From IMG/VR virus record IMGVR_UViG_3300032086_001957: a DNA stretch of 64,000 nt, one strand, 5' to 3'. This DNA comes from an uncultured virus (IMG/VR IMGVR_UViG_3300032086_001957). Taxonomy: Duplodnaviria; Heunggongvirae; Uroviricota; Caudoviricetes. The translations under genes and the position numbers were made by a program. The notes beneath the pieces are model-generated. The model was not told the DNA's origin and did no database searches. It saw only the letters and a program-made list of their open reading frames with translations. Shown piece after piece: positions 51,237 through 60,950 of this stretch (position 1 is the first letter of the stretch; each line of letters opens with the position of its first letter).

Positions 51237-53861
51237 TTAAACTTCATCAAAAGTTTCTACATTAGAATCGAATCCTTCTGTAGTTGCATCAAAAGTAAAT
51301 GTACCACTTGTAGATTTTATAATAATTTCAGATGCAGGTGGAACACTTGTTTTTGTTTGATATGCAGAAAGAGGTATACTACCATCAGATGCACTTACTT
51401 GATTAATTCTAACATCACCAAACTGTTCTATTGTAAAATAAGTTGAATCACTAGCTTCACTTCGTATTGTTCTGTATATGCCTGGGTAGTTTGGTATGAC
51501 ACCTTGAGATCCATCTACTGTTTGAGGTGGTAAACTAAATGCATACATTGGTAACAAATCTAAAGTTGGGCCGAGAACAAGTCCTTTTAAAGTATTACCA
51601 ATAGAAGTATCAATTCTTACTTGTAAAGTGGTTTCTCTAGTGTTATCTGCAAAATCTGTATGTGTTTCTTCACCAGTTATAGGATTAACAGTATTAACAC
51701 TTGTACCATCTGTTGATGTTCCCAATCTTCTTCTAAATACAGTTTTGAAGATAGTCTTAAATGTTGTTGCAAGTTCTGGAGTAAATGTTCTTTCACCAGT
51801 ATAATCTACCACATCACCAGCAGTAGGTGTATTCATTGATGCACTTATTAATGTTGAGAATGATACTTCTCCAAAAACATTCCAACCAGCAGGGTGAATG
51901 GTTTGTCTAATACTTTCACGCCATAAATTAATTGATTGACCAACACGAACCACATAAGAATAATCTTGATAATATCTACTATCTTGTATTCTCATTGTTA
52001 TATTAGATACTTTACCTCTATCATTATTGAATGAACCTACTGAAGTTCCAATTGTTCCTACTGATGTTGTACCAACACCAACATCTGATTGATGAATTGT
52101 TGCAGTTGCACCAGTTATAGCTGTTATTGTATCACCTCGAATAAAATCTACTTGTGTACTTAATTCTAATATTTTTCTATTTGCGTCATAATCAACAACA
52201 GTTGCAGTATGACTTGTTAATGTATCACCTGCACTAAATGAGCCTACAACATCTTTTACGATAATGTTTCTATTGAAAAATAAATCTGGTGGTGTCGAAT
52301 AGTTAAGACCAAAGTTTGTAATTGATATTGTTTTTGCATGACCAATTCTTGGTGACTTTGTTGATAGTGCATGAAGGTTTGCACCAGTACCTGAAGATGT
52401 TACTGTAATAGTAGGTGTCTTTTTATAACCTTGACCACTATCAATCATTTTAACTTTTGTAATTTCACCTATCTCACTTGAAACACCCAAATCATTGAAA
52501 GTTTCTTCTTCAATAATTATTTGACTACCATCTTCTAAAGTTAAATAATCAGAATCACCAACAGTTTGTTCATGTTGCATAAATTCATTATCTTCATATC
52601 GAATAAAATCATTTGTCTGTAATAACATATGATTAGGTGATGTTAAATTTTCTAATAAGAATCCACCACCAACAACAGCAATTTTTGCAGAAGCACCAAT
52701 ACCATCAGTTGTTGTATTATTAAATACTATACTATCTCCAACTGAATAACCTGAACCACCACCATCAATAAGAATCTCATCAACAGTACCAGGCCCAATA
52801 CTTTCAATAATTGCAGTAACTTCATTATTACCACCAGTTCCAAATGCAACAGGATCGTTTATATTGTAATATGAACCACCGTCAGATATTGATGTATCTG
52901 TTACTACACCTTTTATTATACCTGATATTTCTACATCTAATGTTGTGTCAACTGATTCTACACTTTCACCAATTGTGAAAGAACCTATAATAGAATCTTC
53001 ATCTAAAGTAATCTCTGTTACTGTTTCTGCACCTTCTCTAAAATTAATAACTGTTTGTATACGACCTTTTGCACCTGATGTAACACCAGTAACAATTTGT
53101 CCTATTGCATTTGAAAAATCAGATAAACCACTCTGTACAATACGAATAACTTTATTGACTAACCAAATACCATCTGATGGTCTTAATAGGTTATCTTTTG
53201 GATAAACTATTGTTGGTGTTTCGTCAAATAAAATTCTAAAGAATAATTTGTGACCATCTCTTGTACCCTTAGCCGCATACATATCTTTAATACTTTTAAG
53301 AAGTTTTCTTTTTGATATGTCTGATGCAAGTGTATTTGGTAAAGATTCCATAAATGATGCTTTGAACTTATCAAGAAAATCATATACAGTTCCGTCTACA
53401 TCTGCATAGTCTAGTAATTGTTGAATATTCTGAACTGGGTTTGCACGATATGAGGATATAGTTGAAGTGGCACCTGAAGTATTACCAGTAATTGTTTCAC
53501 CAGTAATAAATTGTTGTTGTGCAGTAATGAATAATCTATTGTTATCATCAAAGTCATCAACTAAAATTGTTGCAGTAGCTTTTGATATTGAACCTGTAAT
53601 TGTTTCGCCAGCAGTAAACTTTCCAACTGATTCTTCTAAAACTATCTTCTCATTCTGTTGGTCTAAAATATAATTCTTTGTAAGTGTTTCTTCTATAAGA
53701 TACTCATTTGAACCAGTTAAAATTAACTCACCTGCTTCTAAAAACTGATAGTAATGTTTTAAGAACAACGCAAAAGTTGGATGGTCAGCCTTTACATACT
53801 CTGGTAATTGAGTTTGTATATGAGATGATACTTTATTTTTTAATGTTGGATTATATGCCAT
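51237..53861 (-). CDS. gp7: Baseplate wedge initiator gp7-like
   Basis: QLPEYV...F..FLKHYYQFLE, YAAKGT, IQDSRYYQDYSYV, IHPAGW.VFG; follows gp6. Confidence 0.82.
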   Translation of the reverse strand: MAYNPTLKNKVSSHIQTQLPEYVKADHPTFALFLKHYYQFLEAGELILTGSNEYLIEETLTKNYILDQQNEKIVLEESVGKFTAGETITGSISKATATILVDDFDDNNRLFITAQQQFITGETITGNTSGATSTISSYRANPVQNIQQLLDYADVDGTVYDFLDKFKASFMESLPNTLASDISKRKLLKSIKDMYAAKGTRDGHKLFFRILFDETPTIVYPKDNLLRPSDGIWLVNKVIRIVQSGLSDFSNAIGQIVTGVTSGAKGRIQTVINFREGAETVTEITLDEDSIIGSFTIGESVESVDTTLDVEISGIIKGVVTDTSISDGGSYYNINDPVAFGTGGNNEVTAIIESIGPGTVDEILIDGGGSGYSVGDSIVFNNTTTDGIGASAKIAVVGGGFLLENLTSPNHMLLQTNDFIRYEDNEFMQHEQTVGDSDYLTLEDGSQIIIEEETFNDLGVSSEIGEITKVKMIDSGQGYKKTPTITVTSSGTGANLHALSTKSPRIGHAKTISITNFGLNYSTPPDLFFNRNIIVKDVVGSFSAGDTLTSHTATVVDYDANRKILELSTQVDFIRGDTITAITGATATIHQSDVGVGTTSVGTIGTSVGSFNNDRGKVSNITMRIQDSRYYQDYSYVVRVGQSINLWRESIRQTIHPAGWNVFGEVSFSTLISASMNTPTAGDVVDYTGERTFTPELATTFKTIFKTVFRRRLGTSTDGTSVNTVNPITGEETHTDFADNTRETTLQVRIDTSIGNTLKGLVLGPTLDLLPMYAFSLPPQTVDGSQGVIPNYPGIYRTIRSEASDSTYFTIEQFGDVRINQVSASDGSIPLSAYQTKTSVPPASEIIIKSTSGTFTFDATTEGFDSNVETFDEV

Positions 53862-53862
53862 A

Positions 53863-55707
53863 CTAGTATGATGTATTTGTTACATATGATGTTCCTGCTG
53901 AAGAACCACCAGATTCTATTGTATCTACTCCACCATTTATTGTTATGTTATCAAAGTCAATTTCTAATAATTGATTTCTAACAGAAACAATATCATTTGA
54001 ACTAGGTATAACTGTAACACTTATTGTTCCATCTGTGTTAGTTGTTTCAGTAACATTTAAAGATTCAGCAGTTACTAAACCTGTTGCATAATTAATACTA
54101 CCTGCGGCTGAATCAACATATGTTCTTGTTGTTCCTGCAACTAGATAATAAACTCTAACATTACCGTTACCATCATCATCAAGAAATAATTCATTATTAT
54201 TACCAACTATTTTGAATCCAGTTGAAACTATAATACCACCACCAGCATTATTGTGACCAGTATGTGGATTGTAAAGTGCGTTTGCAAAATCAAATTCATA
54301 TTTCTTTGTTGTATTTAAAGTTGCAGTTACTGACTTCTTAATTTTTACTGTGGTAATATTAGAAAGAATTGAAACATCTGTTGCATCAATTAATCTAGAA
54401 AGTTTTGAGAATCTAAAAATCTTATCGAACTTTGATAAATCAGATGTGTTGTAATTTGTAATTGTTGTTAAAACATTTGTTGACAAATCACTTGCAGTTT
54501 TTGTTGTTGCATTTGAACTAAATTTAAAATTAACATTTAATAATATCTTAATAGTTTCTGGGTCTACAATTGTTGGTCGAACAGATGCAACATTATATTT
54601 GTTAAGTGATTCTTCTATTACAAGTTTTTGAGCTTGCGTTAGATTAATACCTGAAGTTGTTTTAATTGAAATATATACTTGACCAAATCTTGGTGGGTCA
54701 TTATCTTCACCACCCCAAACTTGAACTGAATTTGTATCTGCAAAAACTTGTGGTATAATAACTTTGTAATCATCAGTTGTTACTGCACGACCTTGTGATG
54801 CAAAATCTAATGGTGCATTATATTTTATTGAAGAAATAGATTCTGGTTCTGCACCACCAGCTGCACTTACAACTGTTGCAATTGTTAAATTAGTTTCACC
54901 ACCAACTGATGTTCCAGAAAATGATGATGCACTATTCGCTTTACCTTTGTTGGTTACAATGTATTCTAAAATAACAATGTTACCATCTGATACATCTTTA
55001 CCAACAACATTATCACCAAAGTAAACTTCAAACTTACCATCTTCTACTTCTTGTAAGAAATAAACATTTGATGCGTCAGTTAATTGTGTGATATCTGTTG
55101 CAAGTGTAAATGTTGTAGTTGTTAAATCAGATACAGAATTTTGAACAGAAACTTTTAATGTTGTTGTGTCTGCACGATTATCTGTAAGTAAATATCTTTT
55201 CTCTAAATTACTTTTATCAACTGTATATTTTACAGTTGAAAGTGTTCCTTCATAAACTGGAGTGTTTATAAATCTTAAAACTCCATTCTCTCTGTTTGCA
55301 GTTAGTGCTTCATTTACAACAAAATTATAATTCACATCATCTATCTGTGTTGTGAATGATGTTCCTTTTGCCATAGTGACTGATGTTGGTATAGGATTAT
55401 TAATTGTAATGTCAAGATAAGCAACTGGTGCTCTTGCAGAACGAGGTGTATAACCTAAAGTCTTTGCATGAGATACAACTGATGAACGAACTGTTGCAGT
55501 ATCAAGATATGCTTCATTCAAAGCCATGTTTGCGTTCATACCAAGATAGTGTGTATTGTATGCAAGTAAATCTATGAGAACAGAAAGACCTGAACCCTCA
55601 AAATCATAATCAGAAAACTCTGTCTGATTTTTCATAAATGTTTTTAAGTTTGTTTTGATATCGTCAAAATCTAATTCTGTAACTTGAAGTTTTTTTGGAG
55701 TTGCCAT
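53863..55707 (-). CDS. gp6: Baseplate wedge gp6
   Basis: LDFDDIK.NLK, DYDFEGSGLS.LID.LAYNTHY, QGRAVT..DY. Confidence 0.96.
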   Translation of the reverse strand: MATPKKLQVTELDFDDIKTNLKTFMKNQTEFSDYDFEGSGLSVLIDLLAYNTHYLGMNANMALNEAYLDTATVRSSVVSHAKTLGYTPRSARAPVAYLDITINNPIPTSVTMAKGTSFTTQIDDVNYNFVVNEALTANRENGVLRFINTPVYEGTLSTVKYTVDKSNLEKRYLLTDNRADTTTLKVSVQNSVSDLTTTTFTLATDITQLTDASNVYFLQEVEDGKFEVYFGDNVVGKDVSDGNIVILEYIVTNKGKANSASSFSGTSVGGETNLTIATVVSAAGGAEPESISSIKYNAPLDFASQGRAVTTDDYKVIIPQVFADTNSVQVWGGEDNDPPRFGQVYISIKTTSGINLTQAQKLVIEESLNKYNVASVRPTIVDPETIKILLNVNFKFSSNATTKTASDLSTNVLTTITNYNTSDLSKFDKIFRFSKLSRLIDATDVSILSNITTVKIKKSVTATLNTTKKYEFDFANALYNPHTGHNNAGGGIIVSTGFKIVGNNNELFLDDDGNGNVRVYYLVAGTTRTYVDSAAGSINYATGLVTAESLNVTETTNTDGTISVTVIPSSNDIVSVRNQLLEIDFDNITINGGVDTIESGGSSAGTSYVTNTSY

Positions 55708-55708
55708 A

Positions 55709-56152
55709 TTATCTTAATCTCTCTAAAAATATACTTGTTGTCTGTAAGTCTGATGATACATTCTGTAAATAAAATTCTATAACAACTTCATATGCGTTGC
55801 TGTCAATGTTTCCTATACAAATAACATTTGATAATTCTACTCTAGGTTCAAAGTTTTTTATAACATCTTCAACATATCGACCTAGAAGATTTGCTGTGGG
55901 TTCAGAAACTGGTTCAAATAATGCTCTACGAACATCTGAACCTATTTCTGGGTGAAAAGGTTTCTCATAAAAGTTAGTATTAACTAGATTTCTTACACTT
56001 CTCTTGACAGCTTCGACATCAGTTAATGTTGCAATATCTTTTGTTACTGGATGTTTTGCAAAACTTAAATTGATATCTTTGTATGTTCTTGAACTTCTAC
56101 CAGAATTATTCGTAGCAGATGCGTCATAAAATGCAGATGGGTTAACACTCAT
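55709..56152 (-). CDS. gp25: Baseplate wedge/sheath initiator gp25
   Basis: AVKRSVRNLV.TNFYEKPF.PEIGS, NFEPRV. Confidence 0.94.
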   Translation of the reverse strand: MSVNPSAFYDASATNNSGRSSRTYKDINLSFAKHPVTKDIATLTDVEAVKRSVRNLVNTNFYEKPFHPEIGSDVRRALFEPVSEPTANLLGRYVEDVIKNFEPRVELSNVICIGNIDSNAYEVVIEFYLQNVSSDLQTTSIFLERLR

Positions 56153-56171
56153 TTATTTCTCCTGTGTATTC

Positions 56172-56179
56172 TATTTATA
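56172..56179 (-). promoter_or_regulatory. T4 late promoter for gp25-gp6-gp7
   Basis: TATAAATA. Confidence 0.8.
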
Positions 56180-56189
56180 ACGAAAACAC

Positions 56190-57161
56190 TTATGCAAGTA
56201 CATCTAATGCCCAACCATATTGAGATGTTCTAGAACCATTAGGGCCCCAATGTCTTTCACCACCAATATCTACATGAAAGAACTCTCCACCATCTTTTGA
56301 TGGAAAATAACACCCAACACCTTTAATACCTTTATCTTTTAATATTTTTAAGAACCTTGATCTATCTTCTACACTAGAATTACTAAATCTAATATCTGTT
56401 GCAATACCTTCTGTATGAGTGCTTTTCTTAGCTCCACCAACTTTTTTATTATATTCTGGTGCTCTAAATGCACTTGTAATTGTTAAAGGACTACCCCATT
56501 CTTTAGACACTTCTTCTAATATAGTTTTTAGTCTAGGGTCTATTCTTGAATCTGTGTGTGAAAGAAAATTTAAATAGATACTACCTTTTGCTTCAGGAAA
56601 TAAGTTACCATCAAACTTTACATTTGCAGTTGGTGTATCTATACTACCTGTTTCTTGTGTTACTGGTGATCTACCACCAAGGCCACCATCACCATATTCT
56701 AAACCTTCATTTGTATCAACATCAATTCCTAGATCACCATCAAATGTTCTACCATTAAGAATACCAGTTGCATGAGTTGAACTGATGTTTAATGTTGGTA
56801 CATCATATGCAGTCTTTACTGCATCAACTGAATCTGCAACTTGTTCTAATAACAAAACACTTGAACCACTATTTGCAATTACATTTCCTGAAGCACTACC
56901 AGCCGCATTGGGCACCCATGAACCATGACCACCTGTAGCATCTGACAATCTATGAACACCAATATTGTTCACAATAACATCTCCTGAACCAACTACTGCT
57001 GGATCACCACAACTTGTTTTATCACCAATTCTAACAGCTGATGCACTATTTACAAAAACATTAGGTGAACCTTGTGCATATGATGTTGAGTGAAATGGAT
57101 TTGGTGTAGGTGATGCGTGTCCTACATGAGAGTCTGTTCCTTTTCTTACTATTCCTGGCAT
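56190..57161 (-). CDS. PAAR spike-tip protein (gp5.4-like) fused to a peptidase M15 domain
   Basis: N-terminal ~97 aa PAAR (GSPNVFVN..AVRIGD..CG, VHRLSD..GHG); C-terminal ITSAFR...STH..GIATDI...FHVD. Confidence 0.86.
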   Translation of the reverse strand: MPGIVRKGTDSHVGHASPTPNPFHSTSYAQGSPNVFVNSASAVRIGDKTSCGDPAVVGSGDVIVNNIGVHRLSDATGGHGSWVPNAAGSASGNVIANSGSSVLLLEQVADSVDAVKTAYDVPTLNISSTHATGILNGRTFDGDLGIDVDTNEGLEYGDGGLGGRSPVTQETGSIDTPTANVKFDGNLFPEAKGSIYLNFLSHTDSRIDPRLKTILEEVSKEWGSPLTITSAFRAPEYNKKVGGAKKSTHTEGIATDIRFSNSSVEDRSRFLKILKDKGIKGVGCYFPSKDGGEFFHVDIGGERHWGPNGSRTSQYGWALDVLA

Positions 57162-57170
57162 ATATTATTC

Positions 57171-58124
57171 CTAGTTTAAATTAATAACTTTAGAATCAAC
57201 ATCTACTTCTGTTGAAGCATCAATATCAAGTGTACCAGTAATATTTGTTTGTTGATCTGCAAGATATGTTTCAGTAACTTTCTTTGTTACAGTTTCTGTT
57301 TTCGTTCCTAGAATATTAATATCAACATCACCATCAACTTTAATATTCCAGTTTTGTTTGATGTAAGTATTACAACTTCCATCTATTGTTAGATTGACTG
57401 TTCCTTTTACATAAGCATAATCAGAACCTGCAACGATACAATAATTATCACCAACAACTTTAGTAACTTTATTACCACCACCATCAATCTCGTAGAATGT
57501 TCCTGATGTGTGTTGTTCGTTTATTCTTTCGTTGTTTGGTGTGTCATCAAATTCTTTTATGTGACCTGATTCAGATTCAAAGACATGATTGTATGGATAT
57601 TCAGGTTGGAATGGTGGAGCAGGTTGAGCCCAAGGTGTACCAGATGCAGTATCAACTTCTGTATAGTTTGCTTGGTCTTTAAGTTTCTCTTGATACTTTA
57701 CATGATTTGTATCACCTCTTGCAAGTCTATTGACATCACTTTCATTTAGTAAATCTGATTTAGGATATTTACCATTGGGATCGTTGAAACCTTTAGATGT
57801 ATCTGCAACATTTCTAGGTATGCCTGGAATACTTCCCATGATAATACTTTCTTGCATAGTATCTGCATCACGAAAAAATCCAACAACCCAAGTGCCTTCA
57901 ACTAGTAGTGGTGGTGTTGTTCCTATACCACCAACAGCACTTGTCGATACTGGAAACATTGGTAAACTCCACGGCAAATCTTCCGTAGGCAATTTAGTTT
58001 TATCTTCTGTATGATAGCCGTATATTCTTACTTTTAAACGACCAAGTTTTTCAGGGTCTTTTCTATCTTCAACTACACCGATAAACCAATAGAATCCATC
58101 ACGACCTAAAAAATGATTTTCCAT
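57171..58124 (-). CDS. gp5: Baseplate hub spike gp5 (OB-fold plus beta-helix, no lysozyme domain)
   Basis: WFIGVVEDRKDPEKLGRLKVRI.G.H, YPYNHV.ESESGHI.EFDDTP..ERI. Confidence 0.92.
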   Translation of the reverse strand: MENHFLGRDGFYWFIGVVEDRKDPEKLGRLKVRIYGYHTEDKTKLPTEDLPWSLPMFPVSTSAVGGIGTTPPLLVEGTWVVGFFRDADTMQESIIMGSIPGIPRNVADTSKGFNDPNGKYPKSDLLNESDVNRLARGDTNHVKYQEKLKDQANYTEVDTASGTPWAQPAPPFQPEYPYNHVFESESGHIKEFDDTPNNERINEQHTSGTFYEIDGGGNKVTKVVGDNYCIVAGSDYAYVKGTVNLTIDGSCNTYIKQNWNIKVDGDVDINILGTKTETVTKKVTETYLADQQTNITGTLDIDASTEVDVDSKVINLN

Positions 58125-58130
58125 AAAAAA

Positions 58131-58162
58131 ATTCCTCTTTACAAGTATTTATAAAGAGGAAT
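58131..58162 (-). promoter_or_regulatory. 11-bp hairpin containing the late promoter and gp5 RBS
   Basis: ATTCCTCTTTA/TAAAGAGGAAT; TATAAATA at 58146-58153; U7 then ATG. Confidence 0.8.
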
Positions 58163-58191
58163 CAGAGGGAGTTAAAATGAATAACTTTGTT

Positions 58192-58461
58192 TTAATAACA
58201 AACTAATTGATATTTTGGAATACCTTGTCCGTTATAAACTGGTGAACTCCAACACTTTGTGAACTTACCTCGTTCAATAGCTGTGTCAGTATGAATGTGA
58301 GAATTCTTGAATCGTACTGTTGAATCAATTGTTCTCTTTAAAATGTTCTTACCAACATTGGTTAGAATTGAATCTGCGAATCTGTCAAAACCACTTTCAA
58401 ATTCAAATGCGTTAGTATTGAAACTAACTGTTAATAATATAATTGTAAATAACTTTCTCAT
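58192..58461 (-). CDS. Hypothetical protein with signal-peptide-like N-terminus
   Basis: MRKLFTIILLTVSFNTNA. Confidence 0.65.
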   Translation of the reverse strand: MRKLFTIILLTVSFNTNAFEFESGFDRFADSILTNVGKNILKRTIDSTVRFKNSHIHTDTAIERGKFTKCWSSPVYNGQGIPKYQLVCY

Positions 58462-58464
58462 AAT

Positions 58465-58626
58465 TTATTCTCCTTGTTTATCTAAACAAAACTCATTCCA
58501 GATTAATTCTAAATCTGAATCTACATACCCACTATCTTTAAATGCTTTTGCAACTTTATCTTTCAACTCTTGTAAAGTTTCGCAATCAGGTAATACATAA
58601 TCAATATATTCATCTGGTGTAATCAT
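58465..58626 (-). CDS. Small early hypothetical protein (start MITP or in-frame ATG at 58653)
   Basis: Downstream of consensus promoter; GAGAG RBS-like. Confidence 0.6.
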   Translation of the reverse strand: MITPDEYIDYVLPDCETLQELKDKVAKAFKDSGYVDSDLELIWNEFCLDKQGE

Positions 58627-58642
58627 AAATTTTCTCTCTATT

Positions 58643-58733
58643 TTGTTAATCATTAAGTATATTATATGACAAATATGACTTGTTGTCAATACAAAATGCA
58701 AAAAAAGATTTCTTTAAAATCAAGGACTTACAA
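58643..58733 (-). promoter_or_regulatory. Early promoter copy 1 with IHF-consensus site
   Basis: TTGACA-17-TATAAT; AATCAAGGACTTA at 58718-58730. Confidence 0.85.
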
Positions 58734-58862
58734 GATAGACAATATATATGCAAGAATTATATACGGTAGTGCGAAGAAAAAGCCTATCATTAATAAGACA
58801 TTGAATAGAAAATAGAAAGAAATTATTCCATCAATCTTTTTATATTTAAGTCTTTTTTTCAT
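58728..58862 (-). CDS. Small membrane protein (44 aa, not in ORF track)
   Basis: MKKRLKYKKIDGIISFYFLFNVLLMIGFFFALPYIILAYILSIL. Confidence 0.55.
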   Translation of the reverse strand: MKKRLKYKKIDGIISFYFLFNVLLMIGFFFALPYIILAYILSIL

Positions 58863-58867
58863 AGTAA

Positions 58868-59470
58868 TTATTTATTATGTTCAAAAATTAAATTACCTGC
58901 AACACTTGTTCTGATAACATTAGATTTAAATGGTGATACTGTATGATTTAACTCACTAGGAAAAATAAACATATGACCTGACTCTGGAATAAAACTATAA
59001 CTACCTATAAAGTGTTTTGGTAGATAATGACTAATTACAAATTCAATTGAACCAGGCCCATCAGTTGTACCTTCATGTTCTCGTTCTTCTTGAAGTAATT
59101 TTTCAGGAACATCTATATACAAAACAAAAGAAACATCAGCATTAGTATGATTATGTGGTGGATTGAAATCACCACTTTTCATATAATTTATCCACAATGA
59201 ATTTACTTCATATTTTCCTTTTATAAGAGTATTATCATTTGTATGAACTGCAAGATTATTTTTGTAATTATTAAATATAGGTTGCATCTGTTCTTCAAAC
59301 CATTTTATTGTATCTTCTTCATAAGACCATTGACTTTTTAGATGTCCTGCTAAAGAAGAATTTGCACTCGTTTTTAATGTACTACCAATAACATTTAAAC
59401 GATACAAAATACTCTTGTCAATTTTATATGACATGAATAACGGCCCAAAGTAATGTTTTTTACTTTGCAT
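58868..59470 (-). CDS. 2OG-Fe(II) oxygenase (TIGR02466-like)
   Basis: WINYM..GDFNPPHNH...SFVLYI...IFPS.L.H.V.P...R.SVAGN. Confidence 0.85.
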   Translation of the reverse strand: MQSKKHYFGPLFMSYKIDKSILYRLNVIGSTLKTSANSSLAGHLKSQWSYEEDTIKWFEEQMQPIFNNYKNNLAVHTNDNTLIKGKYEVNSLWINYMKSGDFNPPHNHTNADVSFVLYIDVPEKLLQEEREHEGTTDGPGSIEFVISHYLPKHFIGSYSFIPESGHMFIFPSELNHTVSPFKSNVIRTSVAGNLIFEHNK

Positions 59471-59684
59471 AATCTACAATACCAGTTGCATAATTCTCTG
59501 CACAATCTTCTGCATATCGTAATGAGTGTTCTGATACATCTATACTAAAAAGAACTTCATTATCTTTATCTTTAATATCAACATGGAAACCTTTGTTTCT
59601 TAAGTAACCAGTTTCTTCTTTTACAATAACTGCAACTCTACCTGATTCGTCATCATAATAATATTCACTTATTTCTTCATGCAT
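59460..59684 (-). CDS. Hypothetical protein
   Basis: HSLRYAEDCAENY; GGAG RBS. Confidence 0.65.
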   Translation of the reverse strand: MHEEISEYYYDDESGRVAVIVKEETGYLRNKGFHVDIKDKDNEVLFSIDVSEHSLRYAEDCAENYATGIVDYAK

Positions 59685-59695
59685 AATATATTCTC

Positions 59696-60298
59696 CTATA
59701 ATTTAATATTAAAAGTAACACTAATTCTTTCACCATCACTTTTGTTTTTTGATACCATGTGATCCAAGTATCCAGGCCACAATATCATTCTTCCAACTAC
59801 TGGTAAATACGATACTTCACTATCAATTTCATTTGTAAGAAATGTTAATTTATGATATAAAACATTAGGTGCTGGATTTTTAAAAAATATTTTACCAGAA
59901 TCTTTTACTGCGTTGATATAAAAGACACCAGAAATATCTGTATCAGAGTGCATATGATATTCTTGAAACATACCTTTAGTTGAATAGTTAATCCAAGATG
60001 ATACGATTCTTACATTGTAGTTTTTATTTGGATCAACATTTAAATTTTCATAAAGATATTCATCTACACTTTTATGAATATGTTCTAATAACAACGGACA
60101 ACTAAACTGTAAAACATTACACTCGACACTATCATCATAGTTAAAAGTAGATGACATATTACCATACCAAGTTAGTTCTGATTTATGTCTTTCAATCTCT
60201 GCAACTGTTTTAATTTCTGCAAGAATATTCTTTGGACAATTATCTATAACCTTTATAGGTACTCCAAATACTTTATGCACTAATATTCCATTTCCCAA
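59696..60298 (-). CDS. 2OG-Fe(II) oxygenase (TIGR02466-like)
   Basis: SWINY...QEYHMH...ISGVFY...WPGYLDH.V..N....RISVTFN. Confidence 0.85.
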   Translation of the reverse strand: MGNGILVHKVFGVPIKVIDNCPKNILAEIKTVAEIERHKSELTWYGNMSSTFNYDDSVECNVLQFSCPLLLEHIHKSVDEYLYENLNVDPNKNYNVRIVSSWINYSTKGMFQEYHMHSDTDISGVFYINAVKDSGKIFFKNPAPNVLYHKLTFLTNEIDSEVSYLPVVGRMILWPGYLDHMVSKNKSDGERISVTFNIKL

Positions 60299-60567
60299 TA
60301 GTTAAATAAATTCTCAAATGCAATCTTGTAGAATGAATACTCGTTGTTTACTAGTAAATCATTATGATAATAATCTAGTAATTCTTTTCTCTGATCTTCA
60401 GTTAAGTCATCAGAGTGTGGTACACCATAGAACTCTTGAATCACATAATCCAATTGTTCACCTATATGGTTTTCAAGTAATTCTTCGTACTTGTGTATTC
60501 TAGGCCATTCAAATTTTTTAGAAGTCATGTTCAATCCTTTTCTCAAATAATTCATATTGTAAGTCAT
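60280..60567 (-). CDS. Hypothetical protein (start may be MTSKK at 60528)
   Basis: Acidic ORF packed in early cluster. Confidence 0.55.
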   Translation of the reverse strand: MTYNMNYLRKGLNMTSKKFEWPRIHKYEELLENHIGEQLDYVIQEFYGVPHSDDLTEDQRKELLDYYHNDLLVNNEYSFYKIAFENLFNYWEMEY

Positions 60568-60796
60568 TAATATTTTCGTTCATGTAGAAAACCTCAAAGT
60601 CACTATCTAATCTTTCTTGATATACAACTCCTTTGAAATTTATTATTTCTGTATGTCTGTGTATTGAACCATCAGCTAACTGATAGTGCCAAATTTTGTA
60701 ACACTTTAATACTTTTGTATTCCATAAATCAGGTACTCCTTTCTCGTCAGGGTCATTTAAATGATCTTCAATTTCTGGTACGACTACTCCACTCAT
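60518..60796 (-). CDS. Hypothetical protein
   Basis: AAGGA RBS; packed minus-strand cluster. Confidence 0.6.
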   Translation of the reverse strand: MSGVVVPEIEDHLNDPDEKGVPDLWNTKVLKCYKIWHYQLADGSIHRHTEIINFKGVVYQERLDSDFEVFYMNENINDLQYELFEKRIEHDF

Positions 60797-60945
60797 TTCT
60801 TTCCTTTAATTGTTTCAATATAATTATCACCTTCAAAAATGTTTGCATGATATCCAGTTTTCTTTACACACTCTCTTGCATCTTCTAGTGTCTTAAAAGT
60901 AACATCATGAAAACAATCTGTTTCAAAAAAATAAACTCTAAACAT
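60793..60945 (-). CDS. Small hypothetical protein (50 aa, not in ORF track)
   Basis: MFRVYFFETDCFHDVTFKTLEDAREC...; ATGA overlap with next gene. Confidence 0.55.
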   Translation of the reverse strand: MFRVYFFETDCFHDVTFKTLEDARECVKKTGYHANIFEGDNYIETIKGKK

Positions 60946-60950
60946 ATCTT

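Noticed and set aside
55709..58124. Bacterial T6SS or contractile injection locus
   Set aside because: Embedded with capsid, portal and terminase genes of a phage
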